From sequence record MK308675.1: a stretch of DNA of 64,000 bases. One strand, written 5' to 3'. Below the pieces are notes generated by a model. It had not been told where the DNA came from. It made no database searches and was given only the letters and a program-made list of their open reading frames with translations. Positions 47,162 to 54,864 of this stretch are shown here, in pieces. The position numbers and the translations under genes were made by a program. The stretch's first letter is position 1, and the number at the start of each line of letters is the position of its first letter.

Positions 47162-47614
47162 TTGGATGTCGAATTAACGGAAGAAGAAAGGGAAGATGCT
47201 TGGCAGCAGTATTTCGCGATACAAACCCAAGACCCGATAGCGCGTAAGATGATGGCTCGTGAAATCTTTGAGACTTTCTTTAAGATTCACGACCATAATG
47301 TGCCTGACCCGCTCGACCCTTTCCCTCTGGTAACGACTAAACCAAAACGTGCCCAGAACTGGGCGTCTAGAGAAACCATTAAACGGTTGATTGCTATAGG
47401 CGCTCCAGATAAGACAGGCATGAGTCTAAATGAACTCCTCTATGAAACTAACATGTCTGACTTCGAAGACATCATAGAAGCATGTGAGGACGTCATGAAG
47501 AGAGAAAGCGCTACTGCTACTAAACTACGGAATGAATCCGAAGAGCAGATGGCGAAGGTTCTCAATACCATCGAAGAACGAAAGAAAGATAATAATTCAA
47601 GCCCTCTGGCCTAA
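47162..47614 (+). CDS. Hypothetical 150-aa ORF, probably expressed as the -1 frameshift extension of the 533-aa gene
   Basis: Only a TTG start with a poorly spaced SD. The frame is open back to 47060, across the slippery site T TTT TTC at 47102-47108. Confidence 0.55.
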   Translation: MDVELTEEEREDAWQQYFAIQTQDPIARKMMAREIFETFFKIHDHNVPDPLDPFPLVTTKPKRAQNWASRETIKRLIAIGAPDKTGMSLNELLYETNMSDFEDIIEACEDVMKRESATATKLRNESEEQMAKVLNTIEERKKDNNSSPLA

Positions 47615-47624
47615 TGGCCAGAGG
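47603..47624. terminator. Bidirectional terminator
   Basis: cctctggcc/ggccagagg stem between convergent genes. Confidence 0.65.
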
Positions 47625-47635
47625 AGCTTTATTAT

Positions 47636-48148
47636 TTACAGGTCTAGTTGTGGCTCTTGAACGATAGCATCAATCCACTTAAGTGCAAGTGCTTCTTCAG
47701 GCCACTTATAAACATCGCGTTCCAGTTCCTTCAAGATTTCTTCAGCGGGACGACCCCACATCTCAGACATCATGTCGAAAAGAATCTTGTTATAGTGACG
47801 CATTGGACGTAGGCCAGTCTCTGAGCGCTCAGCCATACCGCGAGCTTCATGTAACATGAACTGCGTGTTAGGAAGCGATAGGCGCTTACCTGGAGTACCT
47901 AGGCCAATAACACAGAATGCACCAGCACTCATCACGGTACCGACAGCTACGGTCACGATGTCGCTTTTCGCTTTCTTAGCCGCATGGTACATAGCTAGAA
48001 GCGCAGGGACAGAACCGCCGTATGAATGTACGGGTAGGTAAATGTCTTCACTAGAAATGGAGTCGAAGAATTCGATTTGCTGGATTACACTGTAAGCCAT
48101 GTTATCGTCGAATGGGCCTTCAATGTAGACAGTTCGGTCAAGTACCAT
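47636..48148 (-). CDS. clpP: ClpP-family serine protease (catalytic triad intact)
   Basis: HSYGGSV, VMSAGAF (Ser), KRLSLPNTQFMLHEA (His) and ERD (Asp). Confidence 0.9.
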   Translation of the reverse strand: MVLDRTVYIEGPFDDNMAYSVIQQIEFFDSISSEDIYLPVHSYGGSVPALLAMYHAAKKAKSDIVTVAVGTVMSAGAFCVIGLGTPGKRLSLPNTQFMLHEARGMAERSETGLRPMRHYNKILFDMMSEMWGRPAEEILKELERDVYKWPEEALALKWIDAIVQEPQLDL

Positions 48149-48150
48149 GA

Positions 48151-48720
48151 TTACTCTCCTAACTGTTGTTGAGGCGGACGTGCTGCTTCAATAGGGTTTT
48201 CAAAGTTAGGACGACCCATAACCTGTAGACCCATAGCGATTGCTTCTTCGTAACGGAAGATGTCGTTCTCTTTCATGAAGTCTTTAATGTCATCTGGGGT
48301 GATGCCATCGAATGCTTCAGCGATACGCATACGTGCACGGGCGTTTACTGCTTCTTGGGCAGCGGCACCAATCTCAAGGTCGGTTAACTGTGCATAATCA
48401 GAGCCACGCTGTTCGTAAGGAAGGATAAGAACAGACTCTGTAATGAATGCGTTTTCTTTACCTACAGCGGCTGCTAGCACTAAGTCCATGATGGACAACA
48501 TGTCTAGATAGCGCACCTGAGGCTTAAGAGCTAGGTTCTGACGAATAACATCGTACATGCCTAGTAGAACATGAGGACACACGATAAGGCTTTGCTGTTC
48601 CAACAGTGGCTGGAACGGTTCCTTACCTTCTGTCTCACGTTTAGCATTTAGAGCTTCTACTTCTGCAAAGAAACGCATCAGTGCAAGTGGAGTGCTCAAC
48701 TTGTGACGTTTATGGTACAT
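48151..48720 (-). CDS. Catalytically inactive ClpP paralogue (ClpR-like)
   Basis: 189 aa from ATG 48720 (AAGGGA SD). GMYDVI...LKPQV matches ClpP AIYDTM..IKPDV; TDLEI...MKENDIFRYEEAIAMGL matches TDIEI...[17 protein letters not shown]. The Ser and His positions are not conserved. Confidence 0.65.
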   Translation of the reverse strand: MYHKRHKLSTPLALMRFFAEVEALNAKRETEGKEPFQPLLEQQSLIVCPHVLLGMYDVIRQNLALKPQVRYLDMLSIMDLVLAAAVGKENAFITESVLILPYEQRGSDYAQLTDLEIGAAAQEAVNARARMRIAEAFDGITPDDIKDFMKENDIFRYEEAIAMGLQVMGRPNFENPIEAARPPQQQLGE

Positions 48721-48812
48721 TAGGATATCCCTTAAAAGATGAATAAAAGAACGGCCGGTTCTATTGGATTCGAAGAAAAAAGAAAGAAGAATAGGAGAGA
48801 GCCGAAGCCCTC

Positions 48813-49739
48813 TCATAAATGTTCTGCATATTGTTTCTCTTTAAAGGTTTTAAAGCGTATGCGGATTTTGTCCTTTACGTCTTCCGGGACGTGTACTGCT
48901 GCGGTCAGTTTATCGGCTAGGTCTTTCTCTGTTAGTTCCCAGTAATGACCCATGGCATCTCTTAAGTTAGGGAAGGTTTTAAAGCCGTCTTTATTCTTCC
49001 CCGCTAGCCATTTATCGCCCGACTTCTTAACGCCTAAGATATCGCCTGGTTCGACCCTAGATAGCACATTGAGATATCCGTTTAAAGAAGCTGGGAGGAA
49101 GCAACAGGTGTCTTTAGAATAAAGACGTAGCTCTGGAGCAAGAAGGTCTTTATCGAGCTGGTAAGTCGAATCAGGGATGTTTTCCGTATACCACTTAGCG
49201 AAGTTCTGAAAGTTAAACCAATCAGGATGGACTTCACAATCTTTATATGCTTCGTAGTCTTTGCTGTCTTCTTTATAGCAGCGCTTAAACATATTCATCC
49301 ATGCCGAATACTCAGGCAGATTCTTCCCTCCAACATACTGCTTATACGGGCCATCTCCCAAGAAACCTCTGCCTTCGATTACCGGATGGCACTTGTCTCT
49401 AATCTCTCCCGACTTAAGGCGCTCTTTACGCGTCCACAACTTAAAGCCCGTTTTTACAAACTCTACATGTACTTTTAGGCTGTTCACGTATTCTAAAACT
49501 CGGACAGTGCCATGGTGTTTTGTTTCATGTAGAGTGCCTTCTAGATAAGGGTTATCTAGGCTCTTGTCTCTGACGTCTCCTTTTGATAGTGCCGTTTTGA
49601 ACACTACGTCGATGTTTCCCGTATTCAGGAACTTTACCTTGACCTTATAAGGGTCGTTGTTTTCTATAACCTCGACGGTCCCCGAGCGCTTAGTCTCGTG
49701 TGTAGAACCGACAGGATAAGTGCTTATTTCATATTTCAT
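48813..49739 (-). mobile_element. Free-standing HNH-type homing endonuclease gene
   Basis: Two tandem N-terminal repeats (G..HETK..GTV.V.E....KV.V.F..TG), YSAWMNMFKRCY, W.NFQNFAKWY and QLDKDLL...YSKDTCCFLP, a typical phage HNH endonuclease core. Confidence 0.8.
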
Positions 49740-49764
49740 ATTTCCATCCGAGGGTTAAAAGTAA

Positions 49765-49790
49765 ACAAGAGGGACCGAAGTCCCTCTTGT
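49765..49790 (-). terminator. Terminator with UUCG loop after the helicase gene
   Basis: acaagagggac/gtccctcttgt 11-bp perfect stem. Confidence 0.75.
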
Positions 49791-49795
49791 CTTAG

Positions 49796-51316
49796 TTAGA
49801 TGCCTATTGTCATGCCTAAATCGACTTTCTTGTAAGACTTACATCGTCCAATCAAATCAATCGAGCGCTTATGCTCATAGTTTAAATGCTGAGGGACATT
49901 GCGGTTCCATAACATAAAGAAGTATGGGTCCTTATCCGGGTGTTTACGGATAGGTCTTAAGCGGCCCATGATTTGTCGCTGTAGCTGAGTAGACGAAATA
50001 GCAACAGTGTTCCAACCTACAGACAAGTTCTTGATGTCGACACCTGTACCTGCACCTTTCGGTGTAGAGAAGATGATGTCTCTCTCATAGAGTTCCTCGT
50101 CTTTCGCACCTGCCACGTAACAGCCAATGGTGTGTTCTGGCCAAGCTTTCTTAGCTTCTTCTGCTAGGAACTGAGCCATCTTGATGGTGGCGCAGATAAC
50201 CAGACACTTAGTCCCTTCCAACTGCCTTCTAATAAAGGAGACATCGACACATTCCTTTATGAGTCCCCAGTACTCTTTCTTAAGCTTAGCTTTTCGGAAT
50301 ACTTGTTTCTCGAAGTTAACATGGCTATAGCCCCGTGGACCTTTACCTGTTAAACCGGCTTTCTTAGCAGCATTATAGAATGCCGACCGGACTTGGATGT
50401 GCTGATTTGGCTTGGACTTCCATCGGTCTTCGTCTGGATAAACCCTACCATACATCTTGTTTATAAACGAGTTATCGCTAACGAGTGTAGCGGACAAGAA
50501 CATCATTCTTTCCACATTGGTATACATAACTTGTTTACATAAAGCATGTATCGACTCATGAACTTCGTCTCGGATTATGAACCCTACTTGTAGAAACTCC
50601 ATCAGTTGGTCTGGCGGAACTTCATACGGGAAAGGTTCGTCCTTGTTCTCATAATCGCTAATGTAGTTACGAAGGGTCGTGGCGGAGAAGAAGATGAACT
50701 TGGCTTCGAGCATATCGTGTTTCTGCATGTCGCAGAGTGCACGGATAGCATCACCGCCTTTAATAACGAGAATTTCACTTTGACCGATATCGCAGTACTC
50801 GTTAGCGTCCTTAACCCAAGTCTTAATATGACTCGGTTCCATTATGAACGCTGTTCTCTTCTTCAAGATACAGGCTGTATAGAATCCGCAATACGTCTTC
50901 CCGAATCCCGTATCAGCTTCTAAGACACGCGTAACTTTATTAGGCTCCAAAGCAAACTCTAGTGCCTGAGGCTGTTCATCGCGGGGAGAAAAGGGACTAG
51001 TCCAGTTAATCTCGATGTCTAAACCTTCAGGTACATCCGGTGTCTCCACAGAGACTCGACTTGCATCGAACCCCATGAATTCCAGATGGCTCAATAGGGG
51101 CTCAAAGTCGGCACGAAGTAAACGGAACTCACTGTTGTCGCTGGTTCGAGCAGCGTACACAGCTTTGTTCTCTGTCACGTATTGTCGCGTTCTAGGGTTG
51201 AAGTTCTTTTCTGTCTGTAAGAGATTAGCGCCTATATAAGACTTAATCGCTTTCAGTTCAGATAGGTGTTCTGCCCTGACGCGGATACCGTGAGTATATA
51301 CCCTTATTTGTATCAT
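49796..51316 (-). CDS. Superfamily 2 DExH helicase (UvsW-like; phiKZ gp75-like)
   Basis: Q-motif PRDEQ, ADTGFGKT, RDEVH, FLSAT, GTGVDI and QIMGRLR. Confidence 0.9.
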   Translation of the reverse strand: MIQIRVYTHGIRVRAEHLSELKAIKSYIGANLLQTEKNFNPRTRQYVTENKAVYAARTSDNSEFRLLRADFEPLLSHLEFMGFDASRVSVETPDVPEGLDIEINWTSPFSPRDEQPQALEFALEPNKVTRVLEADTGFGKTYCGFYTACILKKRTAFIMEPSHIKTWVKDANEYCDIGQSEILVIKGGDAIRALCDMQKHDMLEAKFIFFSATTLRNYISDYENKDEPFPYEVPPDQLMEFLQVGFIIRDEVHESIHALCKQVMYTNVERMMFLSATLVSDNSFINKMYGRVYPDEDRWKSKPNQHIQVRSAFYNAAKKAGLTGKGPRGYSHVNFEKQVFRKAKLKKEYWGLIKECVDVSFIRRQLEGTKCLVICATIKMAQFLAEEAKKAWPEHTIGCYVAGAKDEELYERDIIFSTPKGAGTGVDIKNLSVGWNTVAISSTQLQRQIMGRLRPIRKHPDKDPYFFMLWNRNVPQHLNYEHKRSIDLIGRCKSYKKVDLGMTIGI

Positions 51317-51391
51317 TCTAAGAGCTCCTCCTGTTTCCTATAAAAGGACGGCCATAAAGCCATCCTACATTATATTCTACAAGAGTCCTAT

Positions 51392-51988
51392 TTAGTCTTT
51401 AGTAAAGTGGTCTTCTTCACGGAAGATGTTTACTTTATCTTCGTCGAAGTTTTCTTTACTAAAAGGGTTGTACTCTAGCTTTTCTACGCGCTCCCCGGCA
51501 TCTAGGCCTTTCACGCTGTAGTAGTTTACTGCCCACAGGCAATCACCTTGACCTTCTCGGATGTGAATGCCTTCTAGTTCGAAGCCGTCTTCTTTAGCAA
51601 AGCCGATTAGCTCTTCTGCTGAAAGAATCTCATTACGCGCTGTAACGAACTGTAAGCGGTTTGTTGCTCCAGCTGCTGAACTATTACGGAAGAAGTAACT
51701 AACGTCCAGGTGGCTAAACATAGGCTGTTTCTGACCTAGACCGCAGATAAGCTGAGCTACTGATTCTTTACGAGAACCTGCAAGAACTTCGTCAAAGCCG
51801 AACACGTCGTTTGCTTGCTGTGCCAGAAGGCTGAAGTTGAACTCTGCGTCATCATCATCCATGATGCCGTTGCGCACGTTTTCATTTGTCATCGCTGCCA
51901 TTACCGCGAACTTCAAGAAACGAGTGTTTGACAAGTCCTTGTTGTTAGGGTAAGAGATTTGAATGATATTCGCTTGATATGTAGACAT
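51392..51988 (-). CDS. Hypothetical protein
   Basis: 198-aa ORF with an AAGGAG SD and host-like codon bias. Confidence 0.65.
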   Translation of the reverse strand: MSTYQANIIQISYPNNKDLSNTRFLKFAVMAAMTNENVRNGIMDDDDAEFNFSLLAQQANDVFGFDEVLAGSRKESVAQLICGLGQKQPMFSHLDVSYFFRNSSAAGATNRLQFVTARNEILSAEELIGFAKEDGFELEGIHIREGQGDCLWAVNYYSVKGLDAGERVEKLEYNPFSKENFDEDKVNIFREEDHFTKD

Positions 51989-51998
51989 GACTGTCTCC

Positions 51999-52334
51999 TT
52001 AGATTGAGAAGCGTAAGTGTTTAGTAAGTGAAGTCACCATGGATGCCGTAAGCGTGCCGCTAGACCACTCGTCGGTCTTAAAGTGAATAGTCGAGAAGCT
52101 GTCAAATGGCTTAACTGGCTCGGTCGTATGTTCCGCCAGCTTAAAAGACCCGAAGGCATCAGGGTGGCGCAGGAAGAGTTTAGACTCGAGGACGTTGTAG
52201 TAGACCATGAAGGTCCTTTCTGTTCCATCCGTCATCATAGGCACATAGCCCATCAGGCGGTAAGTTCCGCCGGACTTAGGATGGTGCACTAGGATAGTTT
52301 GGTCTAAAGCTCGCTGTAATGTTTTCTTATCCAT
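51999..52334 (-). CDS. DUF1653-like small protein
   Basis: HPKSGGTYRLMG...MVYY......LFLRH...F resembles the DUF1653 pattern. Confidence 0.5.
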   Translation of the reverse strand: MDKKTLQRALDQTILVHHPKSGGTYRLMGYVPMMTDGTERTFMVYYNVLESKLFLRHPDAFGSFKLAEHTTEPVKPFDSFSTIHFKTDEWSSGTLTASMVTSLTKHLRFSI

Positions 52335-52550
52335 AGTAACCTCGCTAATGGATTTGGGCCGACTATTTATAAAGTCTTTTGGCGATTTAGTTCAGAGACA
52401 ATGATTGCCTGAGACATGTCTTCTGTAGTCCACTTACACAAGACATTTTCAAGTTCTTTGTTTACAAACATTGCGGTCTGCGACCTAAGAACTGCGTGAT
52501 AAAGGTAATCTTCGTTTTCCTGCGTTGGTACGGTGAACTCGCCAGGGCCT

Positions 52551-52847
52551 TCATTTGTTTTTTAAGGACTCTTGAAGTTCTTGTTCTTCGTAGCCTTCGC
52601 CGATTGCTTCCGCAAAACAGTTGAATGCTTCGATTGCCGGACCAGCGTCCGCTTCATCAAAGAGTACCATCATGGACTCGATGCTATAGCGTCCTTTCTT
52701 AGCTATTTTAAGATAGCAGGCATCTAAGCTTCGGTCTAGGTTCTCTTTGAAAAGGTCTTTATGGATGACTTCAGTAATCCCTCGGTCCGAGACTTTGACT
52801 AAGTTGTTGTCCGTATCGATAAGATACGCATGCGGGTAATATTTCAT
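52551..52847 (-). CDS. Hypothetical protein (98 aa), possibly extended by a frameshift to 52367
   Basis: ATG 52847 with a GGGG SD; the track's longer start crosses a terminator. Confidence 0.55.
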   Translation of the reverse strand: MKYYPHAYLIDTDNNLVKVSDRGITEVIHKDLFKENLDRSLDACYLKIAKKGRYSIESMMVLFDEADAGPAIEAFNCFAEAIGEGYEEQELQESLKNK

Positions 52848-52875
52848 TACTGTTCCCCTAAAGTAAAAAGAAGTA

Positions 52876-52899
52876 GTCCCAACTCCGAAGAGTCGGGAC
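52876..52899 (-). terminator. Terminator with UUCG loop after nvRNAP beta'
   Basis: Minus strand gtcccgactc TTCG gagttgggac followed by tacttcttttt. Confidence 0.75.
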
Positions 52900-52905
52900 A
52901 TTACT

Positions 52906-54855
52906 TTACATTACCATGTGGTCTAGTTCGTGACCAGGTAGGTCATCTTTATGACGCAGGTAAGTTGCTGGGTCTTGAATCAAGTCTCGGATTCTTTCGA
53001 ATGCAAGAGCTGCACCAAGGCCACGTTTCTGAATTGCTTCTTTCAAGCGGATGAAACGGAATGCTTCACCGCCCACTGGAAGCGCATAACTAGTATCGCC
53101 ACTTGCCATTAATGCACGGACGAATACTTCCACGTGAGTAAAGTTAACCGCAATCTTAGAGGACATGCCATCTAAGAGAGCACGACATGCTGGACCTACA
53201 TGTTCGTAGTCCACAGCGCGAACCGCACCAGGTGCGTTAGGTGACTCTAAGAACTGAGTCGTAATGCGAAGGATTTCCATGATGTCTTCACCGCGACGAG
53301 GAGTCTTGATGAATGGTCGTGTGTAATCCCAGTTTGTCAGACTTACTTCGATGGACTGACCTACAACCTCCCATTGTTCTTCTTTCATGTAAGCCAAGAA
53401 GTCGATAGTCAACGGGGAACCTTTACCACCGATTGACAGGTCGACGTCTAAGATGTCTTGGATACTCCCTGCTCGGTTGTAAGAGATAATCTGAACATTC
53501 TCCAGTTTAGAGATACGCTCAGGCGATAGTTGCATTACATCATCTGCGCTTAGCACATCATTGATACAGCCTACTTGAATCTGAGGAATACGGATAGCAA
53601 ACTTGCCTTCCGTTACTTCTTTGTTCAGCATAACAACGAACTGGTCATCTTTCTTAAGGCGAAGGAATCGAGCGTTGTTTTCATTGATGTCTAAGTGGAC
53701 AGACTTAGTCGATGCCAGTACGTGCTTAGTAGACAAGATAGTCTGCGAAATACGTGCTAGCGGCTCAGTTGAAAGGTGGTGGCCTAGGTTAGTGCCTGGA
53801 GGTGTTGTGATTGCGTTTAAGCCAACACATACAGAACAAGGACGGGTTGGGTCACCATGTGAACACGTAGTGATAGAACGAAGGCGAATAGTCTTACCGA
53901 CTAAGTCATCTTCGTTGCCCCAGATAACAACCGGCTTGTCGTTATCGTCCATGTAGACTTTACCTTTCAGTAGCTTAGGGTCTCCTTCTTCTACTTTCCA
54001 AGGGATAGTTACTTTACCGCCACAGTCACCGTAATGGATGCCACGAATGACGCCACAAAGGAACTGACACATACGGTTATTGTACTCTGACATTTCCAGA
54101 GGACCAGACTGCATATATAGAGAGATAGATGCAGCACGCGATTCACGGAAGTGGTCGTACAGCGTATGTAAGCCGTCAGCATAACCTTCATAGATAGGCA
54201 CTGGACAAGACTCACCGTTGATGTCTGGCACGAAGGCACGGGGACCGATTACCTGAGTGGCCTGGCGACGGTTCAGCAATCCGTTAGCCATGCCTTCTGC
54301 AACTGCGGTGTTACGCAATGGAGACTCTGGGTCTACAATTGCACCGAACACACGGTCGTGTGTATCTTCTACAGTGGCTTTGCCATCACGGTAGTCTTGC
54401 TTAGCATTTACTACAGCTTCAAAGTTAAGGATGTCAACTACGTCTTCGATATCTAGGCTAACTACGTATTCGCCCAGCATGTTGGTCGTATCGTTGAACA
54501 TCTCATTACCAATCTCTACCAAGCGACGGGACATTGTCCAGATGGCTTTAGCGCCTTCGCCGCATAAGTAGTTTGGATGGTGCCCGAAGAAAACATCCCA
54601 GAAGACTTTGCCTCCTATCTTAACGTGGGTGCCTTCGGTAATGATTGCGCGGTTGATGTGGTGGTCAAGGGTGATATCTGCTCCAGGCCATTCCGCAAAC
54701 ATCTTCCAGTAGTAACTGGAAAGGATAGTCGTGCGCGTAGGCACGACCACTGTTTGGCCATCGTCGAACGTTAAGCGGAGACCGCCGTCTGGTAAAGCCC
54801 AGATTTCGTTCTTAGGCATGGCGAGAATTTCTCGAACATGATAATCGACTCTCAT
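52906..54855 (-). CDS. Non-virion RNA polymerase beta' subunit, C-terminal part (phiKZ gp74-like)
   Basis: 649 aa. TTILSSYYW, QVIGPR, SEYNNR...L, DCG, LRSITTC...CSVCVG (zinc site), SQTILSTKH and H.EV motifs. Confidence 0.9.
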   Translation of the reverse strand: MRVDYHVREILAMPKNEIWALPDGGLRLTFDDGQTVVVPTRTTILSSYYWKMFAEWPGADITLDHHINRAIITEGTHVKIGGKVFWDVFFGHHPNYLCGEGAKAIWTMSRRLVEIGNEMFNDTTNMLGEYVVSLDIEDVVDILNFEAVVNAKQDYRDGKATVEDTHDRVFGAIVDPESPLRNTAVAEGMANGLLNRRQATQVIGPRAFVPDINGESCPVPIYEGYADGLHTLYDHFRESRAASISLYMQSGPLEMSEYNNRMCQFLCGVIRGIHYGDCGGKVTIPWKVEEGDPKLLKGKVYMDDNDKPVVIWGNEDDLVGKTIRLRSITTCSHGDPTRPCSVCVGLNAITTPPGTNLGHHLSTEPLARISQTILSTKHVLASTKSVHLDINENNARFLRLKKDDQFVVMLNKEVTEGKFAIRIPQIQVGCINDVLSADDVMQLSPERISKLENVQIISYNRAGSIQDILDVDLSIGGKGSPLTIDFLAYMKEEQWEVVGQSIEVSLTNWDYTRPFIKTPRRGEDIMEILRITTQFLESPNAPGAVRAVDYEHVGPACRALLDGMSSKIAVNFTHVEVFVRALMASGDTSYALPVGGEAFRFIRLKEAIQKRGLGAALAFERIRDLIQDPATYLRHKDDLPGHELDHMVM

Positions 54856-54864
54856 TGTAGTTCC

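Noticed and set aside
47636-48148. ClpP as the prohead protease
   Set aside because: The S/A-x-E sites fit the phiKZ gp175-type protease, and the gene lies outside the head operons with no fused capsid or scaffold domain.
52833-52850. GTAATATT near-match to the early promoter
   Set aside because: It lies inside the coding start of a gene and lacks the ACC and AT-rich upstream context.
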